Below, one piece after another: positions 1 through 10,422 of a DNA stretch of 64,000 bases (positions are counted from its first letter, which is position 1; each line of letters starts with the position of its first letter). The notes beneath the pieces are model-generated. The model was not told the origin of the DNA and ran no database searches. It saw only the letters and a program-made list of their open reading frames with translations. Location: contig OZ242374.1 of NCBI GenBank assembly GCA_965209055.1, positions 3,200,001-3,264,000 of the forward strand, in the 5' to 3' direction. Source of the stretch: Acidobacteriota bacterium. Its GTDB lineage: Bacteria > Acidobacteriota > UBA6911 > RPQK01 > JAJDTT01. A program made the translations under genes and the position numbers.

Positions 1-174
1 GACAATTCCGGGAAGTATCTCTTCGATGTCGGTCCTGCCCTTGTCGTCGAACAAAACGGCGGCCACCGGGCCATTCAATGCCGCGTCGAGTTCCTCGCCG
101 GACCACATAAGACCAAGTCCGGTGGAGGGTGGATCACCCGCGGAGTAAACGGCTTCTCCCGATGCTACTGTCAC
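1..174 (-). CDS. N-terminal part of a hypothetical protein running off the left edge, directly downstream of the hsdS remnant
   Basis: Minus strand reads VTVASGEAVYSAGDPPSTGLGLMWSGEELDAALNGPVAAVLFDDKG... from a GTG overlapping the TGA of the hsdS fragment. Confidence 0.45.
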   Translation of the reverse strand, partial: MTVASGEAVYSAGDPPSTGLGLMWSGEELDAALNGPVAAVLFDDKGRTDIEEILPGIV

Positions 175-545
175 ACGATGGCCTCCACCAGTCTCTCGGA
201 TTCACGGACGCGGATTTCGCCGGAGATGAGCTTTGGGAGAAGGGCATCGCGGAGGTTGGCGACGCCAACGACGTCCCTCATGTTCGCGGAAAGCCCACCG
301 TACGGCGGGCGGCCAACAGGCTCAAAGACCCGAAGAATCGCTTGCGACGACAACAGCACGGAAATCAATTGAAACGACATCTTGCTGATCTCCGGACATG
401 TCGAGCCGTCGGCAGTGTCTCCAATGTGCCCGATGCGGTGACGACACCAGTTCAATACAAACAGGCTCTGCAAGCGCTTCTCGGTCTCATTGCCATGGAT
501 CCTTGGTCCACGGTGGTCGGCACCTCGGTGAGCGCCAGATGTCCG
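171..545 (-). pseudogene. hsdS: C-terminal remnant of a type I restriction specificity subunit (HsdS)
   Basis: Ends in the HsdS conserved tail LRDALLPKLISGEIRV. A GHLALTEVPTTVDQG segment resembles the TRD motif GY-AI-EVP--NQGF. The N-terminus is missing. Confidence 0.7.
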
Positions 546-859
546 GTTCTAACTAGGAAATTCGTAAGTTGCTGATAAATAAGGAGTAGGAGATATTCTC
601 AAGCCCCGGTGTCGTCATGGTCAGTTGTTACGCAATGGGTGACAAATCAAAGAAAACCAGCGACCCACGCAGAAACGAAGGCTTGAAACATGCGCCGAAA
701 ACAGGAAAATCAGATTCTGCTCCCGAGGTCATGGACGACAACTCCTTGATCTGGAATCCGGTTCTACACGTTCAGTGTGACACAGCCAACTTACCTCAGG
801 GGACTACCGGTTTCTGCCGAGCAGGTCCTGCGGGTGAGGGAAAGAACGTGACTGTTCCC

Positions 860-1016
860 TTCACGCTGGAAGATTTTCCCGAGATCTTCGGGGACGAGAT
901 CGAGCGGACCGTCGTCTGTAAGGGCGGCTCCGATCTGAACTCGCTCTCCGGCAAGGCGGTGCGGATGCGCGTGGTGCTGAAGGACGCCGACCTCTGTTCC
1001 ATCCGGTTCCACAGAC
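860..1016 (+). pseudogene. C-terminal fragment of a glycoside-hydrolase-like protein
   Basis: FTLEDFPEIFGDEIERTVVCKGGSDLNSLSGKAVRMRVVLKDADLCSIRF resembles a common C-terminal domain. It has no start and begins right after a palindrome at about 838-863. Confidence 0.45.
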
Positions 1017-1019
1017 ACG

Positions 1020-1798
1020 ATGACGGTGCCCGGTATGACGAGACACGGTTTCCTCCTGTCGCTCCGGTTGGCCGCCCACTCCTGCGGCAGTCCTTCCGAG
1101 GCCCCGAACGTCGCCTCGGAAGGCGAACCGACGAAGGAGCGGCAGAGCCTCTACTACGACTTCGTCGCCATCCAGTCGCACAGCTACATGGACCAGGGCG
1201 CCAACGGCATCTACCTGTTCAACTTCCGGCACGACCCGCGTAGCGGCTGACCGAGGAGGAGTTCACCGGGGTGCTGAGCGAGTTGGGAGCGCGCGAGACC
1301 ATGGCCGGCAAGGACAGGGTCTACGCCATCAACCCCACGGCGCACAGCGGCGGGCCGTTCTATCACGGCTCCGATCCGGCTCTGCTGCCCATCGTATTGG
1401 ACCGGGTGAAGCAGAAGTTGCGGCTCCATCTGGGACCCGTAGCGGAGGACGAGAAGGCCAGCCTGCGTTTGAGCGTTTACACGGCCAAGGCGGGGAAGGG
1501 AACCATTCTCCGGGCGCGTCTCAACCACACGCTGTTGCCTGAAGTCGAACGGGAACGGGACTGGTTCCACTTTCAGGTTCCGGCGGGTGTGGCGCTCAGC
1601 GGAATGAATGAGGTGGGCCTGATCTCGAACATCCTCGCCGCCGGTCCCTTCGCGGGTCTGATCGGTCCGCCCAACGCGGATCCTGCCGAGTTCCTGAACC
1701 AGGCCTTCGGCCGCGTGAAGAACATCATCCAGCGCGACCAGGATCCGGTCGTGGTCCACCAGATCTTTCTGGAGATCAACTACGCTGACGCGTCCTGA
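1020..1798 (+). pseudogene. Internally deleted and frameshifted secreted protein, possibly DUF187/GH10-like
   Basis: TAT-like start (MTRHGFLL), then SYMDQGANGIYLFNF, a frame change near 1240, and a C-terminal part in ORF 1271-1798. Confidence 0.5.
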
Positions 1799-1912
1799 CG
1801 GGCCTGGACTTCTGGCTCCGGGTCCACGACCGGCGGGCGGGAGCCGCGCAGGTCGAAACGTCAATGCGTTGGAAACAACTGTTTTGGCCGGGGCCGTTGT
1901 GGTTGCCGGTCG

Positions 1913-2257
1913 TTAACGTTCATCAGAATGAAGCATGGGGCGGGCGCCGCGGCGACCTTCGTCCCGGGTTGCGACCGCCGTAGCCGGCTGAATGCCGGCT
2001 ATCAGCCAGTTCCTGTCCCCCGCCAGCTTTCGGAATTCGCACTCGACCTGGATGCCATGCCAGAACTTGTCCGACTGACCGAAGAAAGCGCCAAAACGAA
2101 TCGACATGGGCGGAGTGATCGACCGCCGGCCGTGGACGATCTCGTTAATCGCTCTCGGAGAAACACCGATGGCGCGAGCCATGGCATTCTGTGAAATTCC
2201 CATTGGTTTGAGGCATTCCTCCAGCAAAACCTCTCCGGGAGTGATGGGCTCTTGCAT
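1913..2257 (-). CDS. higA: HigA family antitoxin (HTH)
   Basis: [43 protein letters not shown]...FW..Q signature; downstream of higB. Confidence 0.9.
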   Translation of the reverse strand: MQEPITPGEVLLEECLKPMGISQNAMARAIGVSPRAINEIVHGRRSITPPMSIRFGAFFGQSDKFWHGIQVECEFRKLAGDRNWLIAGIQPATAVATRDEGRRGARPMLHSDER

Positions 2258-2288
2258 CCCTATATCCTATAACGTTATAGGGAGTTCT

Positions 2289-2567
2289 TCAATGGTAATC
2301 CATGATTGCCACCTGCTCTGGTCCGGCATCGGTCCACCTGAAAACAATGCGGCACCGCTTGTTTACGCGAATGGAATGAAAACCTGAAAGACGACCCTTG
2401 AGAGCTTCAAGCCGGTTGCCAGGCGGGACAGCAAGGTCCCATAGCTCTCGGGCCTGATTCATCTGGATCAGTTTTCGTAGAGCGACTCGCGAAATAGCCG
2501 CGAACCGTCGATTGGTTTCCCACTCGAAAAGCTCTTTGGTGTCCTCATCCGAGAATGATTGAATCAT
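2289..2567 (-). CDS. higB: HigB/RelE family toxin (plasmid maintenance killer type)
   Basis: MIQSF.DEDT...DLAVPPGNRLEALKG...HSIRVN...RIVFRW...IMDYH. Confidence 0.9.
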   Translation of the reverse strand: MIQSFSDEDTKELFEWETNRRFAAISRVALRKLIQMNQARELWDLAVPPGNRLEALKGRLSGFHSIRVNKRCRIVFRWTDAGPEQVAIMDYH

Positions 2568-2648
2568 GGAATCCGTGTAGGCCACAGACATTCCTGCCTG
2601 TGCAGGTAGGCGATGACCCCCTTCCTGTCCACGGCAGGGCGCATGGCT

Positions 2649-2885
2649 TTACAACTCGGGTAGTTGCCTGGAGCCGGCTCTCCTAGCTTCGTAGATCATC
2701 AGCGTGACCTGCTCCGGGTCAGGCAATTCAACCCAACCGGTCGTTGACTCACAGAGTCCCACGACAGCGCCGTCCTGCGATACGATGTTCTCGATAACCA
2801 CGGCGACTTCCTTACCTTTTTCAACGTTGAACCTTTCCTGAGGAACGAACCCAACCTTCGTAAACATGATCCATTTGGTTCTCAT
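2649..2885 (-). CDS. Orphan, diverged AF2212/DUF104-like antitoxin
   Basis: Same length as, and alignable with, the antitoxin at 37739-37975 (FVPQE..EGKEV...DPEQ...IYEAR.AGSRQ.PEL); no cognate vapC adjacent. Confidence 0.6.
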   Translation of the reverse strand: MRTKWIMFTKVGFVPQERFNVEKGKEVAVVIENIVSQDGAVVGLCESTTGWVELPDPEQVTLMIYEARRAGSRQLPEL

Positions 2886-2971
2886 TGCAATCAGTCCATT
2901 CTCTTGCGCCTTGCGCCTTAGCAATGTGGGGAGGCCGCGCGGAGACCAAGAAAGGGACAGCGTACTTCTCC

Positions 2972-3125
2972 GCGCGTGTCAACCACACCGTCACACCCTG
3001 CTGCCCCAAGCCAATCGGCACCGGGATTGGTTCCACTTCCAGGTTCCCGTCGGTGTGGCGCACTGCGGAATGAACGACGTGGGCCTGATCTCGAATGTTC
3101 CCGCCGTCAGTCCCTTTCCGGGATG
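2972..3125 (+). repeat. Degenerate copy of about 1514-1660
   Basis: gcgcgtgtcaaccacac...gattggttccacttccaggttccc...gtgggcctgatctcgaa matches the 1271-1798 ORF region; preceded by a palindrome at 2950-2971. Confidence 0.85.
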
Positions 3126-3336
3126 CAGTGACTGAAAATACGGTGGTCGATATCAGCTACTGTCTGGAAGAATTGACGTGTTGGTGCCAGTTGCGTATAA
3201 AATTGGATTGTCCTGGCTGACGGACATTATCAATGTGACAAATACATGCAACGTTTGCGTCCGAATCTGGTCTGGAGACCAGTGCCTGATCGGTGCACCC
3301 GGAGTGCCGTCCCCTTGAATTAGATATGGTGGAAAA

Positions 3337-5052
3337 ATGGAATACAGCCCAATTCGAGTTAGCGACATCATTCGACAGATTAACCGGGAACTCTACCTAC
3401 CAGCCATCCAGCGGGAGTTCGTATGGGACAAGAGCCGAGTCGAGCGTCTGTTCGATTCAATTATGGCCGACTTTCCCATAGGGTCATTCCTTTACTGGCG
3501 GCTTGAGCAAAAGAATAAGGACCAGTGGCCGATCTACGAATTCATTCGAGATTTTGACAAAGAGCATCCGCATAATCCAGGTGCGAACATGAATGGAATT
3601 ACGAAGGACATTACCCTCGTACTGGATGGCCAGCAGCGGATCACCTCGCTCTATATCGGACTGCGGGGCACCTACAGGTATTTCTACTATCGTTGGCGAA
3701 AGACTAAACTATACCTAAACCTGCTCAAACCGCCGGTTTCTAACGAAGAAAATCCTGAAGAGTTGATCTACGCCTTTTCTTTTCGAGAAAGCGATGAGCC
3801 AGACTCAAATACCTCACAGATCTGGTATCCGGTCGGCCGGATCTTGGACTTTGATGACGCCGAGGATGCGAAGTCGGATCCGGTCATAGAGAGGCAATTA
3901 GCCACGTTGTCAAGAGATCAACGGAAGAATGCCAACAAGATGATTGGGCGCTTACACAGTCGCATCCATACAGCGTTGGTAGGCAACTACTTCAAGGAGA
4001 GGTCTCAGAACTACGACAAGGTTTTGCAGGTGTTCGTGCGGGCAAATTCAGCTGGACAACCTCTTGCATACTCTGATCTCTTGCTTGCTACTGCTACTGC
4101 AAAGTGGGAAAGACTGGATGCGCGCAGCGAAATCCATGATTTCACTGACTCTCTAAACAGAATAGGCAACGGGTATCGTTTTGGTAAGGACTTCGTGCTG
4201 AAGGCGTGCCTTTACCTCAGTGAAGACTTACCGATCCAATACAAAGTCAAGAACTTCACAAAGAAAAACCTACGCATCATCGAAGGAAATTGGGCCCAAA
4301 TTAAGGAGTATCTTTCGGCGACCGTGCGTCTCGTATCCCGGTTCGGTTTTAGATCCCATAATATAGTGGCTCCATTGGCATTGCTTCCGATTGCCTTCTA
4401 CCTCATGAATCGTGGTAACTCATCTTTTGATACCTCCTCAAATGCTGAGGACGCGGACATCCAAATTGCCATTCGTAAGTGGTTCACGTTCTCGACCCTC
4501 AAGAACGCCTTTGGCGGCTCGTCTGACACGACATTGACAAGATTGCGGGAGGTTTTACGTATCTGCGGACGAACGAATCCATTCCCCGTAGATGAGCTGT
4601 ACAAATCACTCGGAATCCAGCCAGTTCTGAGTGATGAAGAAATTGAGCACATCCTAGGTCCCCGGTATAGATACCAAGGGCGTTATACGAATCTCGTCCT
4701 TTCTCTGCTCTACCCTGATCGAGACTGGAAGGATGCTGTTTTCCACGAGGACCATATCTTCCCTAAGTCCAAGTTTCAGGTTAGAGCATTAAAGAAGCGG
4801 AAGTACGGCGAGGCGAAGGTGCGTACGTACATGAGGAAACACAATACTCTACCTAACCTTCAATTACTCACTGATTCGGAAAACTTGGCGAAGAATGCCA
4901 CCCCCTTTGAGAAATGGATTCAGACACGAGACGTTAATTTTCGTAAACGCCACCTGATTCCCGATCTCAATGGCGTTTATTCATTCGATGCTTTCGATGA
5001 TTTTTGGAAGGCACGTGCGGCGTTGATAACGAGGGCTCTAAAGAAAATTTGA
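3337..5052 (+). CDS. GmrSD-like type IV (modification-dependent) restriction protein, DUF262 plus C-terminal HNH-like domain
   Basis: LPAIQREFVW, LDGQQR and FVRANS.G.PL (DUF262); FHEDHIFP...NLQLL (DUF1524-like). Confidence 0.88.
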   Translation: MEYSPIRVSDIIRQINRELYLPAIQREFVWDKSRVERLFDSIMADFPIGSFLYWRLEQKNKDQWPIYEFIRDFDKEHPHNPGANMNGITKDITLVLDGQQRITSLYIGLRGTYRYFYYRWRKTKLYLNLLKPPVSNEENPEELIYAFSFRESDEPDSNTSQIWYPVGRILDFDDAEDAKSDPVIERQLATLSRDQRKNANKMIGRLHSRIHTALVGNYFKERSQNYDKVLQVFVRANSAGQPLAYSDLLLATATAKWERLDARSEIHDFTDSLNRIGNGYRFGKDFVLKACLYLSEDLPIQYKVKNFTKKNLRIIEGNWAQIKEYLSATVRLVSRFGFRSHNIVAPLALLPIAFYLMNRGNSSFDTSSNAEDADIQIAIRKWFTFSTLKNAFGGSSDTTLTRLREVLRICGRTNPFPVDELYKSLGIQPVLSDEEIEHILGPRYRYQGRYTNLVLSLLYPDRDWKDAVFHEDHIFPKSKFQVRALKKRKYGEAKVRTYMRKHNTLPNLQLLTDSENLAKNATPFEKWIQTRDVNFRKRHLIPDLNGVYSFDAFDDFWKARAALITRALKKI

Positions 5053-5104
5053 ACACGCTGTTGCATAAAAACTCTTGCCAGGGAGTTTTCTCCTGGAGAT
5101 CTTT

Positions 5105-5492
5105 TCCGGAGGAGGCGTCAGGCACCTTCTCTCCCCGCCATCCAGTCGCACAGCTACGTGGACCGGGGGGAAGGTGGAGTCGTACATGAGCCTCATCTAC
5201 GACATCAAGACTGGTGGACGCAGGAGAGGGAACAGTAACCTTCTCTCGCAACCAGAGGATGGGAGCCGCGCGGATCAAAGCCTCAATGAGTTGGGGACTA
5301 TTCTTGTAGCAGCGACGCTTTGTGGCTGCCCGTCGTTACCGTTGACCAGAATGCGTCACGGGTCGATCGCCGCGGAGGCCTTCATCCCAAGTTGCGACCG
5401 CCGTCGCCGGTTGAATGGCGCTGATCAGTCGTTTCCTGTCCCCGTTAGCTTGCGGAAGTCGGATTGGGAGAAGTGGACAGTCACTTTCTCTG
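5105..5492. repeat. Mosaic of degenerate copies (about 1166-1200 and 1838-2035) separated by three palindromes
   Basis: 5136 cgccatccagtcgcacagctac equals 1166 onward; 5261-5458 parallels the higA 3' end and adjacent intergenic DNA; palindromes at about 5108-5133, 5223-5248 and 5467-5490. Confidence 0.8.
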
Positions 5493-5545
5493 CGATGTGT
5501 CGCCAATAGCAGGTCGCCGCTAGTTTCTAGTAGGATAGATACGAC

Positions 5546-6361
5546 ATGACTGGCAGATCGAAAATCGAATGGACTGACATGACGTGGAACCCCGTGCGGG
5601 GATGCACAAAGATAAGTCCTGGTTGTAAGCACTGTTACGCTGAGAGGTTTGCTGAACGTTTTCGCGGCGTTCTTGGTCACCCGTACGAGCAGGGCTTTGA
5701 TCTCAAGCTGATACCCGAGAAACTCCTTGAACCCCTCAAGTGGACTTCTCCGAGAACGGTATTTGTGAATTCTATGAGCGACCTCTTTCAGGATGGTGTA
5801 TCTGATGAATACATCGAATCAGTTATTAGTGTTATGAAACTGGCAAACTGGCATATCTACCAGGTTCTAACAAAGAGGTCAGTACGGATGCGTGACTTCT
5901 TAAACGGCCCGAGATTTGATCGGACGGGAGCAGATCATATCTGGTGGGGAGTCAGTGTTGAAGATCGAGAGTATGGAATGCCTCGCATTGAACATCTCCA
6001 GGCTATAGATGCCCGAATCCGGTTCCTTTCGATCGAACCGCTTCTGATGGATGTCGGACGACTGGATCTGGATGGCATAGGATGGGTCATTGTTGGAGGT
6101 GAGAGTGGTCCTGGTGCCCGCCGCATGAGCAGGAAATGGGTCGAATCAATTAGGCATCAATGTGAGGATGCTGATGTTCCCTTCTTTTTCAAGCAGTGGG
6201 GTGGATTTCAGAAGTCCAAGAAGGGACGTTACCTTAACGGCCGGACTTACGACGAACTGCCAGCTAGGATTATCTCTCCGATTCCTGACCGGGCCGAACG
6301 CGGGAGACTCCTTAAAATATGGAGTGCAAAGCTTTTCGATTGGCAGAAAGAGCCCACTTAA
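5546..6361 (+). CDS. DUF5131 / phage Gp37Gp68 family protein (three-Cys motif)
   Basis: IEWTDMTWNPVRGCTKISPGCKHCYA, FVNSMSDLF, LTKR, SIEPLL, WVIVGGESG, FFFKQWG. Confidence 0.93.
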   Translation: MTGRSKIEWTDMTWNPVRGCTKISPGCKHCYAERFAERFRGVLGHPYEQGFDLKLIPEKLLEPLKWTSPRTVFVNSMSDLFQDGVSDEYIESVISVMKLANWHIYQVLTKRSVRMRDFLNGPRFDRTGADHIWWGVSVEDREYGMPRIEHLQAIDARIRFLSIEPLLMDVGRLDLDGIGWVIVGGESGPGARRMSRKWVESIRHQCEDADVPFFFKQWGGFQKSKKGRYLNGRTYDELPARIISPIPDRAERGRLLKIWSAKLFDWQKEPT

Positions 6362-6394
6362 CGAACCTGTGGTGGTTGGAGATAATGGAAGACT

Positions 6395-7285
6395 GTGGGA
6401 ACCGATGAAAATTATACTCGACGTCTTTTCGGCCGACCGTCCGACTGGAAGGGGGAGCAGCCTAAGGAGCGGCTTGTCCGACGTCCAAAGTATCCCCTCT
6501 GGACGGAAAGTAAGGCGAAACTGATCGAACACTATCTACATTACTTTGTTTTCATTACAAAGCACGGAACCTACATCGACGGCTTTGCTGGCCCTCAGAA
6601 GAAGGAGTCACCATCTATGTGGGCAGCAAAATGCGTGTTAGAAAGTAGGCCTCGTTGGTTGCGCCATTTTCACCTCTTCGAAATCGATCCCACCGGTTAC
6701 GAAGCCCTCCTTGATCTAAAGGACAGTCAGCCCGGAAGGGACATACTTCGACGGGAACCCAAAAGGGACGTAAGAATTTATTTGGGCGACTTCAACGACC
6801 GCATCGCCGAAATCCTTGATCCCGTCCGAATTTCTCCGAAAGAAGCGGTATTCTGTCTGTTGGATCAACGGACCTTCGAATGTCGCTGGTCGACGGTGGC
6901 GTTAATTGCAAACTACAAATCTTCCGGATACAAGATCGAACTTTTCTATTTCCTGCCCAATTCCTGGCTAAACAGAGCGATATCCAATCTAAACGAACCC
7001 GATTCGGTGTTGTTGGAATGGTGGGGGCGAAAGGATTGGAAAAAACAGATTTTGAGGAAAAAGGACCTACGCCGTTCTGAGGCGTTCGTAGATCGTTTCA
7101 AATGTGAACTCGGTTACAAATCAGCCAAGGCCTGGCCAATTTATGAACGACACGGCGAGGGCCGAGTGATGTATTACATGATTCACGCGACAGACCATCC
7201 CGAAGCTCCTAATCTTATGAGCAGGGCCTATCACAAAGCAGTGACCCCGATCAGGTCCGCTGACCAGAAACACTTGTTCCAATAA
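6395..7285 (+). CDS. tcmP: Three-Cys-motif partner protein TcmP (methyltransferase-like fold)
   Basis: WTESKAKLIEHY, YIDGFAGP, Y.GDFN, FCLLDQ and YYMIHAT.HP motifs; directly after DUF5131. Confidence 0.8.
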   Translation: MGTDENYTRRLFGRPSDWKGEQPKERLVRRPKYPLWTESKAKLIEHYLHYFVFITKHGTYIDGFAGPQKKESPSMWAAKCVLESRPRWLRHFHLFEIDPTGYEALLDLKDSQPGRDILRREPKRDVRIYLGDFNDRIAEILDPVRISPKEAVFCLLDQRTFECRWSTVALIANYKSSGYKIELFYFLPNSWLNRAISNLNEPDSVLLEWWGRKDWKKQILRKKDLRRSEAFVDRFKCELGYKSAKAWPIYERHGEGRVMYYMIHATDHPEAPNLMSRAYHKAVTPIRSADQKHLFQ

Positions 7286-7635
7286 TCAACGTAGTGCAAC
7301 CTTGTTGGCGGAATTACGAAAACTAGTATTGCACTCTGTCTAAATGCTCCTTGCAAGGCTCTCTCGCCTTATCTAAATTAAGCTCCCGGCAACCAACGTG
7401 AATCCGTGGAAATGTCCGAACGTGGGATAGCCCTGAGATCACTTTGACTTGGTATCGAGCCACGCGTACATTGGGGTGTGTTACGCTCCCCGGCGGCATT
7501 ACTGCCGGGCTTTATGACCCCAAGGAGTCGGAATCGGCCCCCGTTTTTTATGCAGGGGTCCGGAAACCCCTTTACCCTGCTCGACATGACGGGAACTATT
7601 GTCTAATTTATGTATGGGTGGTGAATAATCTGGGG

Positions 7636-8364
7636 TCATGGCTTTTTGAACTCGACTGATCTTTCGTGCAATAAGCGTTTATATCCGTTCAAATCTGTCT
7701 TTGCTTCACATCCAAAGCAGTAACAAGCTGCGATACTTGCCATGAGAAAGAATACAAGAACGGAAAGAATCCCAATGGATCGAAGAAGGAAACAGTGAAA
7801 GTTCAGTAGCATGAGCAATTGCACAAGAGACCAGAAACAAAAGAAAATCCATATGAAAATGGTATAGAGACTAATAATCAGATTGATCTTGGACACGGAA
7901 TAAGGTGCTGGACCAAGCCAACGTTTTTCCTCATCTAGATTCTTCCTTGTAGAGTACAAACGGTAGAATTTCTCCTTTAGACACTTCTCCAGTCTATCTA
8001 CCTGTGCTTCCCAATTCTCTTGCCAGAACTTGCTGCCCTTGTTGACAAAGTACCAACCTAGTGAAAATACGAAACCCAAGTTCGCGACAATGAAAGCCAG
8101 GGTCTGTCTACTTGGCTTATGTAAACCATTCGCCGATTGGATTGCAAAATAGGCCACAAATGCTGCTGCAATGAGTGTCCAGAAATAGGTGGTCCGCTTC
8201 CAGTAAAGCTCGATCTCGAACTTCCTGATCTCGTGGGCTCGGTCCAAAAGCTCCTTGGTTCTGAGTTGATTTGATCTAGTCTTCCTTACGAGATCACGAA
8301 TCTCACACAGCAAGGATGCAATACTTCCTAATCGCTTAGACGTTTGACGTTCCCAAGAGTTCAT
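7636..8364 (-). CDS. RipA-like oligomeric membrane protein, candidate anti-phage effector
   Basis: IRKFEIELYWKRTTYFW, GSKFWQENWE and PYSVSKIN motifs, with about 4 hydrophobic segments. Confidence 0.7.
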   Translation of the reverse strand: MNSWERQTSKRLGSIASLLCEIRDLVRKTRSNQLRTKELLDRAHEIRKFEIELYWKRTTYFWTLIAAAFVAYFAIQSANGLHKPSRQTLAFIVANLGFVFSLGWYFVNKGSKFWQENWEAQVDRLEKCLKEKFYRLYSTRKNLDEEKRWLGPAPYSVSKINLIISLYTIFIWIFFCFWSLVQLLMLLNFHCFLLRSIGILSVLVFFLMASIAACYCFGCEAKTDLNGYKRLLHERSVEFKKP

Positions 8365-8381
8365 TGTTTCCTCCTTACACT

Positions 8382-9332
8382 CTAGTCTGTTGGTGAAATC
8401 TGGAGCAGAGTAAGGAAGTCGTCTCCGTGATCCGCAATCACAGCGTGTGTCTTCCTTCCTCTTTGCACGACCCTGGTAGGAAGACCAAAAAGGTCCTCTT
8501 TTATTGCCTCATCAACCTTGCTTCTATCATCGATTTGGGCAGAACCTACATAACTCTTTCCAAAACTGGCAAGTTTCCAACCATACCACTTGCGAAGATG
8601 AAAACAATTACGAGCCTGAAAAATATCTGAATCACGGTAGAATGAGACATCTCCGGTTTTTGGAAGCACGACAATGACATTATTCATCTGAACGAGCCAC
8701 AACTGAGGTTGCTCAACGTGCATATAGACTCCAGACTCCAAATTCCAATTATCAGAGGGGTTGCCAATGCACTTTGTGATAATCCGCTTCGACGGGTTCA
8801 TGATCTGCCTTCTAATGATACGTCCTACCGCTCCCTCAGCATATCTGTACCCTTGTTCTCCCAGCAGTGAAAACAGACACAGGTAGGCGGACTTCAACCA
8901 ACTTACAATCGCAAAATGCTTGTTGGGAAATCTGATCGTCGCCTTAAAGTCGCTGCCTCCCAGTTCGCTCAAAAGATCTGAGGCGGTCAAAGAACCTCTC
9001 AAGGGAGGAGCGTTAATCGTGAAAGTCCCATCCGCTTCACTCTGCAGTGTTCCTGTATGTTTCCACCCTTTGATCTCTACAGTGACTGTAGGAGGTTTGC
9101 ACAGCAAACCGGCAGCCTGATCGATCCTCGCTCCGGCATCTTGGTTACAAGCCGCGCAAGTAAGGCACCTGCCTCGACTCTCAGAGCCCAAGGCCTTCGG
9201 TGGGACGTGCTCAAGAGTGACTATCTTCCCTTTCTCAACACTTTCTCTCGTAAAGTCAGAAAGGCAGATGGGGCATCTGTTGTTTCCGCGTTCAAACAGT
9301 GTTATTCGAAGTTCTCTTATCGATCCGCGCAT
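8382..9332 (-). CDS. HNH endonuclease domain protein
   Basis: N-terminal CPIC...TLEHVPPKALG...CLTCAACN zinc-binding HNH pattern. Confidence 0.75.
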   Translation of the reverse strand: MRGSIRELRITLFERGNNRCPICLSDFTRESVEKGKIVTLEHVPPKALGSESRGRCLTCAACNQDAGARIDQAAGLLCKPPTVTVEIKGWKHTGTLQSEADGTFTINAPPLRGSLTASDLLSELGGSDFKATIRFPNKHFAIVSWLKSAYLCLFSLLGEQGYRYAEGAVGRIIRRQIMNPSKRIITKCIGNPSDNWNLESGVYMHVEQPQLWLVQMNNVIVVLPKTGDVSFYRDSDIFQARNCFHLRKWYGWKLASFGKSYVGSAQIDDRSKVDEAIKEDLFGLPTRVVQRGRKTHAVIADHGDDFLTLLQISPTD

Positions 9333-9364
9333 CGTATTGATCCGTTCTGTTTTTCTGAGTACCC

Positions 9365-10090
9365 TATCAGGTCGTGGAAATAGTCCTGATTTCTCCGGCT
9401 ATTGTTTTTTCCGCAAGCTGACATGGAGAATGGTTTATTGATGGGTCCGCGAAGCCCCAAACAGCGAATCGGGCCTGATCGGCGCCCAGAAGCGCTCCCA
9501 GAGCCGATTCCAGCCGAGCCGGCGGCCCATTCTCGCCCCAGGAAGCGAAAAAAGACACGCTAGGACGCGGCCCTGTAGACTCCGGGGCGTCCCGATCCCC
9601 GTCAGACGGCGCATCAGCAGTCCCAGGTTGAAACCCCACACGTGGATCAGCAATCGCTTCCGGACATTGGCGTGGCCCCGGACGAAGATGCGGCGCAACC
9701 CGCCCGTCCTGAACTGATGCGAGAACGGCCGTTCTACCAACTCGCTCCGCCGCCGCTGCAACCGTCGTCCCCGGCGGCCTCGAATCCATCTCCGATTCGC
9801 GTACACTGGCCCGTGGTACTCCCGGTTCTTCCCCTTCCAGTTGCGCCGGTTCCGATCCGTTTCCGACAGGTACCCCCGCAATCCCAGTTCCTTCAACTCC
9901 AGCACCGTCTCGTTGCTATGGTATCCCTTGTCCGTCACCACTTCCCGGACCTGTGCTCCTGACCCGACCGCCTCCACCTTCGCTTGAGCCATCTGCAAGG
10001 TTCCGGCCATGTCTGGGGGTCCTCCAACTCGTCCGGCACCGTCACCGCCACTGCGTCTACGCTCCATACCTCCAGATTCATCATCGTCCT
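9365..10090 (-). mobile_element. IS1182-like transposase remnant (3' part)
   Basis: VVTDKGYHS...RRRSELVERPFSH...GGLRRIFVRGHANVRKRLLIH..GFNLG; frameshifted upstream and missing the 5' half. Confidence 0.7.
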
Positions 10091-10422
10091 CGTGCCTCCG
10101 CCTGTGTGAATCGTCTCTCCGTATGTGGGACAGGTCGCAGCCGCAACGATGCGTCTTCCATTCGTCGTCAATAACCTCCGACGTTTGTTGCTAGCCCTCA
10201 TGTGCTCAAGGGTCAGGTACTCTTTCCGGATTGCGATATCAAGAATGTGGGGAACAGGAGTTTCCCACCCGACACGGCGGAATCTCCGCAAGCGGTTGGA
10301 AACACTAGAGTCAGGAGATTCGATACGTGGATGCGGTCCGAATGTCCACGCCTGGGAGAAACTGGAGTTGACCCGCTTTCGTGGACACATCCAAAGTAAG
10401 GAAGTGAAAGGAGGAGTCCACG

